From Gammaproteobacteria bacterium (GTDB lineage Bacteria; Pseudomonadota; Gammaproteobacteria; Ga0077536), in the NCBI GenBank assembly GCA_963662545.2, contig CAXXLL010000002.1, positions 96,001 to 160,000 on the forward strand: a stretch of DNA of 64,000 bases, in the 5' to 3' direction. The notes under the pieces were generated by a model. It was not told where the DNA came from. It did not search any database and saw only the letters and a program-made list of their open reading frames with translations. Position 1 is the stretch's first letter. Every line of letters begins with the position of its first letter. The translations under genes and the position numbers were made by a program. Positions 19,843 through 29,215 of the stretch are shown here, one piece after another.

Positions 19843-20101
19843 CAGCCTGTTGCACTTAGGAAATCTATTCGGCAATTGCTCCTGCATTGCTCTACCTCCT
19901 GCATCCATGCAGTCGTGCGGCGTTGGGATAGCGGTCCAGATGCGCCACGGTTTTCGTTAAATAGCACCACTATTCGCCTCAAACCATGGCGCATCTGGCC
20001 TCGCTCTCCCACCCGCCTCGCTACGACTCCCTAAGTCCAACAGGCTGCTAGCGCGAACTCTCCCACCCGCCTCGCTACGACTCCCTAAGTCCAACAGGCT
20101 G
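19843..20101. mobile_element. MITE family B (hairpin element) with duplicated right end
   Basis: Ends CAGCCTGTTGCACTTAGG / CCTAAGTCCAACAGGCTG; CTAG flanks; long internal inverted repeat; 54-bp tandem duplication 20004-20111. Confidence 0.78.
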
Positions 20102-20583
20102 CTAGCGCGAACTCTTCATGATCCGTGCTTTTTCGCGCTGCCAGTCGCGGTCCTTCTCGACCGCGCGCTTGTCGTGCTGCTTTTTACCGCGCGCCAAACC
20201 GATCTCGACTTTAACCTTGCCGTTCTTCCAGTAGAGCGCGAGAGCGATCAAGGCCATGCCCTTGCGCTCCACGGCGCCTTTGACGTAGTCGATTTCTCGG
20301 CGATGCAACAGCAGCTTGCGCGTGCGCTGGGGCTCGGGGTCGACGTGCGTCGACGCCGAGGGCAGGGGATTGATGAGCGCGCTGAACAGGAATGCTTCGC
20401 CGTCTTTCAGCAGCACGTAGGTGTCACGCAGTTGCACCTTTCCAGCACGCAAGCTCTTGACCTCCCAGCCTTCGAGTACCAGGCCCGCTTCGAAACGCTC
20501 TTCGATATGGTAGTCGTACCGCGCTTTCTTGTTCTGGGCGATCGAGCCGGGGTGCTGGACTTTGTACTCTTGTTACCCGCCAT
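20102..20583 (-). CDS. smpB: SsrA-binding protein SmpB, apparent frameshift near 20550
   Basis: [36 protein letters not shown]...[12 protein letters not shown]...GKKQHDKR; the ATG at 20583 is out of frame by one base at a G4 run. Confidence 0.9.
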
Positions 20584-20865
20584 GATCATTTCCACGGGCC
20601 AGTGTTCCGCGGCCCAAAACCCGGCCGCGATTATAGCAATGGCGTACCGCTTGAAATGGGCGCAATGGCGAGCGCGAAGTCTTGTCCCCCGACATCGCTT
20701 GCACCATAATGCCGACGGTTTGCTGGCACCGGGGCGCAGTCACGAAACACGTCGGCCGCCCGACTTTGCATGGTTGAAATGAGTCGGGGATCGACTGGCG
20801 CGACAACTCGGGTTACATGGAAAGATCGAACATCGACGCGCCAAGGCGCAAATTGGAAGAGGCTT

Positions 20866-22260
20866 ATGGTTGCGGGCCGTGAATCCATCCACGGACAGTG
20901 GTCATCGCGCTGGATGTTCATCCTGGCGGCGACGGGCTCGGCCGTGGGACTCGGCAATATCTGGCGGTTCCCCTATATCACCGGCGAGCATGGAGGCGGC
21001 GCTTTCGTGCTGGTCTACCTCGCATGCGTGCTGCTCGTCGGGTTGCCGATCATGATGGCGGAAATCCTGCTGGGGCGGCGCGGCCGCCGCAGTCCGATCA
21101 ATGCGATGGCCGTGCTGGCCGAGGAAGAAGGCGCGCACACTGCCTGGCGTTTTCTCGGCTGGATGGGCGTCATCGCGGGGTTTCTGATCCTGTCTTTCTA
21201 CTCGGTCGTTGCGGGCTGGTCGCTCGCTTACGTCTTCTATGTCGCGCGCGGCGTCTTCGACGGTGCGACGATCGCGACCTCGCAGGAGACCTTCGCCGCG
21301 CTCACGGGATCGGCCAGCCGGTTGACCTTCTGGCATTCGGTGTTCATGGCGATGACGATGTTCGTCATTGCCCGGGGCGTTCGCGGCGGGCTCGAGCAGG
21401 CGGTCAAGTTCCTCATGCCGGCGCTTTTCGTGCTGCTCGTCGTCATGGTCGGCTATGCCATGAGTACGGGCGACTTCAGTGGCGCTGTGGATTACCTGTT
21501 CAGACCCGATTTCAGCAAGATCACCGGCGCGACTGTGATGACGGCACTCGGGCAGGCGTTTTTCAGCCTCAGTCTCGGTATGGGCGCGATTATGATCTAC
21601 GGGTGCTACCTATCGGCCGACGCCTCGCTTCCGCAATTGTCCTTCATCATCGCTGGCGTAGATACCCTGGTTGCGCTACTCGCTGGACTCGCCATCTTTC
21701 CCATCGTGTTTGCCTACGGACTCGAACCCGGGCAGGGCCCGGGTCTGGTGTTCGTAACCCTCACCATCGCGTTCGGACATATGCCGGGAGGACAGTTTTT
21801 CGGCACGCTTTTTTTCGTGCTGTTGTCCGTCGCCGCGTGGACGTCGGCGATTTCAATACTCGAACCCGTGGTGGCGTGGCTGGTTGAGACCGCCGGGTGG
21901 AGCCGCGTTAAATCCTGCCTCGTCAGCGGCATTGGCGCTTGGCTACTGGGTCTGGGTTCACTCTTGTCGTTCAACGAGTGGAGCGGCTTCGTACCGGGCG
22001 GCAGGAACTTCTTCGACTGGGCGGAGTTTTTTAGCACCACGTTGCTGCTGCCCCTGGGCGGCATGCTGATCGCCGTCTTCGCCGGTTGGCGGATGTCGCG
22101 CTCGAGTACCATGGACGAACTCGGAACCGGCAATTCTTTAATCTATCGTGGGTGGCTGCTCTTGGTACGCTTCGTCGCGCCAGTGGGTGTAGGCATCGTC
22201 TTCATCGAAGCGATGAAACGGTTCATCGAAGAGATGATCACGTTTTTCGGGTTGTCCTGA
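20866..22260 (+). CDS. Sodium-dependent transporter, NSS/SNF (LeuT-like) family
   Basis: GSAVGLGNIWRFPY, GGGAF, GQAFFSLSLG motifs; many TM helices. Confidence 0.93.
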   Translation: MVAGRESIHGQWSSRWMFILAATGSAVGLGNIWRFPYITGEHGGGAFVLVYLACVLLVGLPIMMAEILLGRRGRRSPINAMAVLAEEEGAHTAWRFLGWMGVIAGFLILSFYSVVAGWSLAYVFYVARGVFDGATIATSQETFAALTGSASRLTFWHSVFMAMTMFVIARGVRGGLEQAVKFLMPALFVLLVVMVGYAMSTGDFSGAVDYLFRPDFSKITGATVMTALGQAFFSLSLGMGAIMIYGCYLSADASLPQLSFIIAGVDTLVALLAGLAIFPIVFAYGLEPGQGPGLVFVTLTIAFGHMPGGQFFGTLFFVLLSVAAWTSAISILEPVVAWLVETAGWSRVKSCLVSGIGAWLLGLGSLLSFNEWSGFVPGGRNFFDWAEFFSTTLLLPLGGMLIAVFAGWRMSRSSTMDELGTGNSLIYRGWLLLVRFVAPVGVGIVFIEAMKRFIEEMITFFGLS

Positions 22261-22282
22261 GCACCCGCCCCGCGGCTTACGA

Positions 22283-22714
22283 GTGGCGCTCGTCAAACGC
22301 AAGGCGTTTTCGCCCTTTACCTCCGCGCAGATGTATGCGCTCGTGAATGACGTTCCGTCCTACCCGTCGTTCTTGCCGTGGTGCGCTGAGGCCATGGTGT
22401 TGGCGCAAGACGAGAACACGATGCAGGCGCGATTGACCGTAAAAAAGGGCCGTTTCAATTATTCGTTTACTACCAAAAATCACCTGCATCCGGACCGCGC
22501 CATCGAAATTCATCTCGTCGATGGTCCGTTCAAGAAATTGCACGGGCAGTGGCGCTTCGAGCCGGCCGATGGCGGTTGTCTGGTGACGCTCGAACTCGAG
22601 TTCGCGTTTCCCGGGCGCGTGCTGGGCGCTGCGCTGACGGTGGCATTCACGCCGATCGCCGATTCGTTTGTCGAAGCTTTCAGGAAACGCGCTTATGTCG
22701 TCTACGATCGGTGA
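22283..22714 (+). CDS. ratA: RatA/PasT (START/Coq10-like)
   Basis: MYALVNDV.SYP.FLPWC, LVDGPFKKLHGQWRF; smpB synteny. Confidence 0.9.
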   Translation: MALVKRKAFSPFTSAQMYALVNDVPSYPSFLPWCAEAMVLAQDENTMQARLTVKKGRFNYSFTTKNHLHPDRAIEIHLVDGPFKKLHGQWRFEPADGGCLVTLELEFAFPGRVLGAALTVAFTPIADSFVEAFRKRAYVVYDR

Positions 22715-23003
22715 GAAGCTCAAGGTTCAGGTGGTCTACGTGCTGCCCGACGTACAGCGCGTGATCGTGATCGAAGTTCCCCGGGGTGCGACGCTTCGAA
22801 ACGCCGTCGAGCGATCGCGCATTGCCGATCACTTTCCGGATCTCGATCTTGCGGTGTGTGAATTGGGCATCTTTGGCGAGAAGAGGGATCCCGGTGATCT
22901 CGTGGCGGCAGGGGATCGGATCGAAATCTACCGCCCGCTCGAGGACGATCCAAAAGCGATCCGCCGCCGCCGGGCGCGGGAGCAGCGTCGCGGCAAACGC
23001 TAA
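22695..23003 (+). CDS. ratB: RatB/RnfH ubiquitin-like protein
   Basis: GIFG...GDRIEIYRPL.DDPK..RRRRA. Confidence 0.88.
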   Translation: MSSTIGEKLKVQVVYVLPDVQRVIVIEVPRGATLRNAVERSRIADHFPDLDLAVCELGIFGEKRDPGDLVAAGDRIEIYRPLEDDPKAIRRRRAREQRRGKR

Positions 23004-23034
23004 CGGGCTAGCCGGCCTTCATGCAATTTGCGGG

Positions 23035-23898
23035 CTATAGATCGTCGGGGTTGGTGATGTCTTTGTACTTCGGATCGCCCGGGTCGTATTCGCCCGGTTC
23101 CTCGTCCTCTTCTGCGCCAAGACCGATACCGTCGAGGATCCGACGAAAGAAGCCGCGCTTTTTCTTGTTCGTCGGCGCATCTTTCGGCACCAGAACCGAA
23201 GGTCCGGTCACTAGCAGCGTATTGTCGGCGTCGTCCTCCTCGTCGTTATCGTCCTCCGCCGACGCCTTATTCTGGTCGTCTTCACCCTCGTTTTCTGCTG
23301 GCGCGTTGTCGTCCTCATGGCGGCGGAGATCCTTTAGGTCATAGATGTATTCCTCTTCCACCTCCTCGGTAAACGGTATTTTGTCCCTGAGCCTGGCGAG
23401 GAGTTTCTTCCTGATGTAAAGGGGCACCTCGACATTCACGTCCTGGCGTGTGTTCACGACCAGTTCGCCCGTCGCTGGCGTGACATCTCCTTCGACGTGG
23501 TCCAGCTTCTCGTCGACGAACACGAGCGTTACGCGGCGGCCCTCGGCGCTGCCACCCCCCGGCTGAAAGGTGTAGACGTAATCCCAGCGGTGCGCGTTGA
23601 AGGTATCCATGATGATGGGCGAGCCCATGATGAACGTGGCCTGTTTCTTGTCCATTCCGCGTTTGAGCTGCGCGATCATCTCCTGGGTGATGACGTTGCC
23701 CTGTTGCACATCGATCTTGTAAATGAACGGCAGATTGCGCGGGCTCGGCAGACTTGGCAGCGGCGATCCGGTCGGCGTTGAGCAGCCGCCGGCGATGATC
23801 ACCACGAGCGCTGTAATCAGGCGAATTGCAAGCAGATGGCGCCGCGCGTGACGGGAGCCTCTACGCCGTGTCCTGGCGGATATGGAAATGCGATTCAC
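23035..23898 (-). CDS. bamE: Outer membrane assembly lipoprotein BamE/OmlA with long acidic C-terminal tail
   Basis: Lipobox AGGC; YKIDVQQGN, GM.K.Q..FIMGSP, RWDYVY; divergent from fur. Confidence 0.88.
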   Translation of the reverse strand: MNRISISARTRRRGSRHARRHLLAIRLITALVVIIAGGCSTPTGSPLPSLPSPRNLPFIYKIDVQQGNVITQEMIAQLKRGMDKKQATFIMGSPIIMDTFNAHRWDYVYTFQPGGGSAEGRRVTLVFVDEKLDHVEGDVTPATGELVVNTRQDVNVEVPLYIRKKLLARLRDKIPFTEEVEEEYIYDLKDLRRHEDDNAPAENEGEDDQNKASAEDDNDEEDDADNTLLVTGPSVLVPKDAPTNKKKRGFFRRILDGIGLGAEEDEEPGEYDPGDPKYKDITNPDDL

Positions 23899-23996
23899 GA
23901 ACTCGGTTGATTCCGCCGCAGTTTTGCCGGGGGGCGAAATCCTAGCACAGCGACCCCGTTCCGGGCGAAAGTGCTATGCTGGATGGGTGCCCGGCG

Positions 23997-24015
23997 GATA
24001 AGGATTATCATCAAA
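23997..24015 (+). promoter_or_regulatory. Putative Fur box overlapping the fur RBS
   Basis: GATAAGGATTATCATCAAA matches GATAATGATAATCATTATC at 14/19 positions. Confidence 0.55.
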
Positions 24016-24016
24016 A

Positions 24017-24439
24017 ATGGATACCCAAGAACTTAAAAAAGCAGGCCTCAAAGCGACCCTACCGCGGCTACGCATTCTGGAAATTCTCGAAGGTAGCGAC
24101 GAACGCCACCTCAGTGCGGAGGACGTTTACAAGGCCCTCATCGATATTGGCGAGGACGTCGGTCTGGCGACGATCTATCGGGTCCTGACGCAGTTCGAAG
24201 CGGCGGGCCTCGTGCAACGGCATCATTTCGCCGGTGGCCACGCCGTCTTCGAAATGCGCGCTGAATGCCACCATGATCACATGGTCCGGGTCGATACCGG
24301 CGAGGTCATCGAATTCGCCGATGAGGACATCGAACGGCGGCAGCGACAGATCGTCGAGGACCACGGTTTCGTGCTGGAAGCACACAGCCTCGTGCTCTAC
24401 GTGCGTCCGAAGCCCACCGGCCCGACCGCGGCTGACTGA
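24017..24439 (+). CDS. fur: Ferric uptake regulator
   Basis: LKKAGLKATLPRLRILEIL, HLSAEDVY, GLATIYRVLTQFE, HHDHM. Confidence 0.96.
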   Translation: MDTQELKKAGLKATLPRLRILEILEGSDERHLSAEDVYKALIDIGEDVGLATIYRVLTQFEAAGLVQRHHFAGGHAVFEMRAECHHDHMVRVDTGEVIEFADEDIERRQRQIVEDHGFVLEAHSLVLYVRPKPTGPTAAD

Positions 24440-24515
24440 GCTCTCTAGACCACCTAATTCAAAAGCCGGCTGACGGGATCGAGACGAGCCCGGTTATTTT
24501 TTTGGCGTACCGGTA

Positions 24516-26189
24516 TCAAAGGCGTCGGGTGGCCGTCGCGATCAGATCGCGGGCGTGGGCGACGCTCGATTCGGTCGCTTCAGTGGCGCCCAGCATCCGC
24601 GCGATTTCCGCTTCGCGTTCAATTTCGTCGAGTGCCTCTATCCGCATCTCGGTGTGGCCTCCAACGATGGATTTACTGACGATGAGATGCTGATCGCCGG
24701 CGCTGGCGACCTGTGGCGAATGCGTGATACAAATGACCTGGCAATGGCTGGCGACGTCACGCAGATTGCGCCCGACGATGTTTGCCGTGGTGCCCCCGAT
24801 CCCCGTATCAACTTCGTCATAGACCACGACCGGGATGCCGGCATGACGAGCGGTTGCCGCCTGGATAGCCAGGCCGACGCGCGACAGTTCACCACCGGAG
24901 GCAATCTTATTGAGCGGCCCGGGCGGCTGGCCGGGATTCGTGGAAATGACGAACTCGATTCGATCGCGGCCGTGGAGGCGGGGTACGGCGTCACTTGTGA
25001 GTTGCAGCGAAACGGTGAACTCGGCGTGTGGAATACCGAGATCTCGCAAGCGGCGAGTGATGTCCTCCTGCATTTTTCTGGCGGTTGTGGCGCGCCGTTT
25101 GCTCAGTAGCGTAGCGGATTCGACATACGCCAATTGCGCCGTGCGCAGCCGCTCGTGCAATTCCGCTTCGGCCGCGCTTCGGTTCTCAAGCGCCGCAAGG
25201 TCCCGTTCGAGGCGCTCGAAGAGTTTGGGAAGTTCCTCGATTTCAATGTGATGTTTACGCGCGAGCTTGTGCAGCTCCGCGAGGCGTTCGTCGAGACGCT
25301 GAAGGCGCTCAGGATCAATTGTAATCGAGCCTTCGAGACGATCGAGTTCGTGCAGTGCTTCTTCTATCGTCACGGTCGACTGGTCCAAAAGCTCGAGCAG
25401 GGTCGCGGAGCGACTGTCAACGCCCGCGAGTTCGCGCACCCGCGACGAGGCGGTCTGAAGCGCAGACAACACCCCGGCACCATCACCGTTTAGTGCGTGT
25501 CCGACCGCGGCGCAGTGTTCAAGATTCGCGGCGGCGTTCGCCAGCAGTTTGAAATCGTCTTCGATACTCTTTATTTCGGCCGCATCAATGGACGCCGCTG
25601 ACATTTCCGATACTTGATAGCGCAGGAGTTCGAAGCGATCACGATCCGACCCTTTGGCTTCGAGCCGTGCCAGTTCGTCGCGCACCGATTTCCACGTTTC
25701 GTAGGCCTTGTTGACTTTGGCGACGGCTGCTTGCAGATCGCCATATTCGTCCAGCAAGCGCCGCTGGATTTCGCGCAACAACATTTGCCGCCCTGCATGT
25801 TGTGCGTGAACGTCAACGAGGCCGGCACCGATCTGTCGCAGTAGTTGCACTGAAACCGGGCTCGAATTGCAGAATGCTCGAGAGCGGCCATCCTTCGATA
25901 GGACCCGCCGCAATACGCATTCGTTGTCGGCGTCCACGCCGTGGGTTTCCAGCAGGGTGCGTACGTCGCCCGCGTCCGAGAGGTCGAACTCGGCAGTGAC
26001 GGTGGCGCGTTCGCTGCCCGCGCGCACGAGCTTCACGTCGCCCCGACCACCGAGGGCGAGGCCCAGCGCCTCGATCAAGATCGATTTGCCCGCGCCGGTT
26101 TCACCCGAAAGCACGGTCAGGCCGTGCTTGAATTCGACGTCGACCGAGCGGACGACGACCAGATCCTGAACCGTCAGCGTTCTCAGCAA
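24516..26189 (-). CDS. recN: DNA repair protein RecN
   Basis: GETGAGKS, ASGGELSR, DEVDTGIGG, ITHSPQVA; TTG start overlaps nadK stop. Confidence 0.95.
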   Translation of the reverse strand: MLRTLTVQDLVVVRSVDVEFKHGLTVLSGETGAGKSILIEALGLALGGRGDVKLVRAGSERATVTAEFDLSDAGDVRTLLETHGVDADNECVLRRVLSKDGRSRAFCNSSPVSVQLLRQIGAGLVDVHAQHAGRQMLLREIQRRLLDEYGDLQAAVAKVNKAYETWKSVRDELARLEAKGSDRDRFELLRYQVSEMSAASIDAAEIKSIEDDFKLLANAAANLEHCAAVGHALNGDGAGVLSALQTASSRVRELAGVDSRSATLLELLDQSTVTIEEALHELDRLEGSITIDPERLQRLDERLAELHKLARKHHIEIEELPKLFERLERDLAALENRSAAEAELHERLRTAQLAYVESATLLSKRRATTARKMQEDITRRLRDLGIPHAEFTVSLQLTSDAVPRLHGRDRIEFVISTNPGQPPGPLNKIASGGELSRVGLAIQAATARHAGIPVVVYDEVDTGIGGTTANIVGRNLRDVASHCQVICITHSPQVASAGDQHLIVSKSIVGGHTEMRIEALDEIEREAEIARMLGATEATESSVAHARDLIATATRRL

Positions 26190-27055
26190 GGTTCGCGACC
26201 CCAATTCAATTTGGCCCTCAAGGTGGCGAAGTGATCGTAGTTTGCAGGGTGCAGCAAGGTGATCGACTGTTTGCGCCGGAACACGCGCACGTGATCGCCT
26301 GGCAGTAGATCCTGGATCGAATTGCCGTCACAAGTTACACACGATTCATCCTCGCGTTCAGTCGCTACGTGAATTTCGATCTGTACGGAATCGCTGACCA
26401 CGATCGGTCGGTTGGTCAGCGTGTGCGGACAAATGGGCACGAGGACCAGCGCGCCGACCTGCGGATCGAGAATCGGGCCGCCTCCGGATAGTGAATAGGC
26501 CGTGGAACCGGTCGGGGTCGCGACGATCATGCCGTCGGCGCGCTGCGAATGGAGAAACTTTCCGTCTACGTAGGTTTCGAGCGTTATCAGGCGCGCCGTA
26601 TTCCATTTCTGTACCACGACATCGTTGAGGCCGTCTTCCGAGGCCACCACTTCGCCGCCGCGCACGATCTCGCAGCCGAGCACAGCCCGCTCTTCGGACA
26701 CATAATGACCGTCGAGCACCGCGCTTAGCCCGCTTGACGCGTCGACCTGCGCGAGATCGGTCAGAAAGCCGAGCCGGCCGAGGTTGACGCCCACCAGCGG
26801 CACGTCGCGGGGATAGATCAAACCGGCTGATTGCAGCAGGGTACCGTCGCCGCCCAGTGAGACAACGAGATCGCAACGGTCCGGCAGCGCGGCCGCGGAA
26901 ACTGATTGAAAAACCCCTGCCATGCCGGCCGTATCTGTGCGCTGGTCGATTAGCACCTCCAATCCGCGTTTGTTCAGCAGGCGGATAAGGGTTTCGAGCG
27001 CATTTTTTACGGCAGGCTCGTGCGTTTTCGTCACGATCCCGATACGCGTGAACAT
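26183..27055 (-). CDS. nadK: NAD+ kinase
   Basis: GGDGT, GVNLGRLGFL, TPTGSTAYSLSGGGP. Confidence 0.96.
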   Translation of the reverse strand: MFTRIGIVTKTHEPAVKNALETLIRLLNKRGLEVLIDQRTDTAGMAGVFQSVSAAALPDRCDLVVSLGGDGTLLQSAGLIYPRDVPLVGVNLGRLGFLTDLAQVDASSGLSAVLDGHYVSEERAVLGCEIVRGGEVVASEDGLNDVVVQKWNTARLITLETYVDGKFLHSQRADGMIVATPTGSTAYSLSGGGPILDPQVGALVLVPICPHTLTNRPIVVSDSVQIEIHVATEREDESCVTCDGNSIQDLLPGDHVRVFRRKQSITLLHPANYDHFATLRAKLNWGREPC

Positions 27056-27189
27056 TGCGATTTATGCCCGGTCAAAGATTATCAGGCAAGTTAGCATTTA
27101 GGTGAATTGCGGGGCAACGTGGATTTTGCATGAACCCGGGGACGGTGGTAGATTTCCGCTACCGGAACCGCGCGGCCACAGGTCGAAAG

Positions 27190-28376
27190 ATGCCAAATTA
27201 TCATACCGATATCCAACTGAGCGAACGATCGCAGTATCTGTTCAAGTGCCTTGTCGAGCGCTACATCACCGACGGGCAGCCGGTCGGTTCGCGCACGCTC
27301 GCACGCGACGCGAGGCTCGACCTGAGTCCAGCGACCATTCGCAATGTCATGTCCGATCTCGAGGACGCGGGCTTTATTAAATCTCCGCACACCTCGGCCG
27401 GGCGGATACCGACCGTGCAAGGGTACCGGCTGTTCGTCGACTCCATGCTGACCTTTCGCGACTTGAGTCCGCAAGAGATCCGGCAGATGGAGACGAGCCT
27501 CGAGTCCAAAGACGACATCCAGACGCTGCTTGAAAACACTTCGAACATGCTGTCGGAAATCACCAAACTGGCCGGACTGGTCATGATCCCGGTGATCGAT
27601 CGCCGCGCGCTGCGCCAGGTCGAATTCCTGCCGCTCAATGACAATCGTGTCCTCGCCATTCTCGTCACCAACGATCGCGAGGTCGAAAACCTGGAAATCA
27701 CCAAACTGGCCGGATCATGATCCCGGTGATCGATCGCCGCGCGCTGCGCCAGGTCGAATTCCTGCCGCTCAATGACAATCGTGTCCTCGCCATTCTCGTC
27801 ACCAACGATCGCGAGGTCGAAAACCGGATCATCAAGACCAACCGGGTGTATTCGCCCGCCGAATTGACCCGCGCGGCGAATTATCTGACCTCCGCTTTCG
27901 CCGGCCACGACATCGAAGCCGTCAAACGGGGCCTGATCCGCGAGATGTCGGCGACCCGCGAGGAAATGGACCAGTTGATGGCGCTCGTGGTCGAGGTTTC
28001 GCAAAAGGTTTTTCTGGACCAGGATTCTCAAAAGGATTACGTCCTGGCCGGACAGACCAACCTGATGGATATCGACGAGCTGTCGGATATCGAGAAGCTG
28101 CGCAATCTGTTCGAGGCATTCAACCAGAAGCGGGAAATTTTGCACCTTTTGGATCAAGCACTTAAAGCTTCCGGCGTGCAGATATTCATCGGCGAAGAAG
28201 CAGGCTACGAGGTGCTCGACGACTGCAGCATCGTGACCTCGACCTACGCGGACGAAAACCACACCTTGGGCGTGCTCGCCGTCATCGGGCCGACGCGGAT
28301 GGAGTACGAGCGCGTCATACCCATCGTCGAACTCACGGCAAAAATGTTGAGTTCGGCGTTGAATTCCAGGAATTAG
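27190..28376 (+). pseudogene. hrcA: Heat-inducible transcription repressor HrcA, interrupted by a tandem duplication with frameshift
   Basis: PVGSRTL, LSPATIRNVMSDLE, PHTSAGRIPT, GVLAVIGPTRMEY; 27555-27691 is repeated at 27693-27825 with a 4-bp loss. Confidence 0.9.
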
Positions 28377-28385
28377 TCCCCATCT
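28358..28385 (+). promoter_or_regulatory. Putative sigma32 promoter of grpE
   Basis: GTTGAAT-N13-CCCCATCT. Confidence 0.6.
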
Positions 28386-28502
28386 CGACGGAGCGATCGG
28401 TCCGGCTGGCCGCGGCCGTTATGGTGCGCTGACGCCTTGCTGGCGCCCTGACGCGGCCGCCGCGCGTCGGTATCGAGTATTAATACGGCCGCCAACCGCA
28501 GC

Positions 28503-29129
28503 ATGGCATTGAGTACAAAGGGTGATGGGGTGAACGAAAAAGAAGACCTTAAAACGGCAGACGAAGCGATCGACGCTACGGACCAGGCCGTAGCCGCGCC
28601 CGAGGATGGTGAGGTGCAAGTCGAGGTCACCGACGATGCCGCGCCTGAAAGCGACGGGCAGCACTCGGAGCTCGAACTGCTCACCGCCGAAATCGCCGAT
28701 CTCAAGAACGAGGTACTGCGCGCACGCGCGGATGCGGAAAACGTTCGCAAACGGGCGGAGCGGGACGTCGAGGCGGCGCATAAATACGGCTTGGAACGGT
28801 TGGTCGGAGAATTGCTGCCGGTCAAGGACAGCCTCGATTTGGGCTTGTCTGCCGCGGCGACGGCTTCCGAGGTCGAGAGCCTGACCGAGGGCATGGAATT
28901 GACCGTGAAGATGTTTAACGATTTTTTCGAAAAGCTCTGCATCGAGGAAATTGATCCCGCGGGCCTGCCTTTCAATCCCGATTTTCACCAGGCAATGACG
29001 GTGGAAGAATCGACGGATGCGGAGCCGGGTACGGTCGTCAAAGTGATACAAAAGGGCTTTCTGTTAAACGATCGCCTCGTCCGCCCGGCACTGGTCATCG
29101 TCGCCAAGGCGGCTGAGTCGAGCGCTTGA
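28503..29129 (+). CDS. grpE: Nucleotide exchange factor GrpE
   Basis: LRARADAENVRKR, FNPDFHQAM, QKGFLLNDRLVRPALV. Confidence 0.96.
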   Translation: MALSTKGDGVNEKEDLKTADEAIDATDQAVAAPEDGEVQVEVTDDAAPESDGQHSELELLTAEIADLKNEVLRARADAENVRKRAERDVEAAHKYGLERLVGELLPVKDSLDLGLSAAATASEVESLTEGMELTVKMFNDFFEKLCIEEIDPAGLPFNPDFHQAMTVEESTDAEPGTVVKVIQKGFLLNDRLVRPALVIVAKAAESSA

Positions 29130-29152
29130 AATCGGGAACCAAGGACCCATTT
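29125..29152 (+). promoter_or_regulatory. Putative sigma32 promoter of dnaK
   Basis: CTTGAAA-N13-ACCCATTT. Confidence 0.7.
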
Positions 29153-29215
29153 AAAACCAATGATACCGGGGCCTGAGCTAGGCCCTGACAATCAACGATT
29201 AAACAGAGGCAAATC

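Noticed and set aside
20866-22260. NSS transporter between smpB and ratA as a novel insertion
   Set aside because: This arrangement also occurs in other Gammaproteobacteria such as Pseudomonas.
27091-27117. TTAGCA... upstream of hrcA as a CIRCE operator
   Set aside because: Only a partial left arm matches; the right arm GAGTGCTAA is absent at 9-bp spacing.
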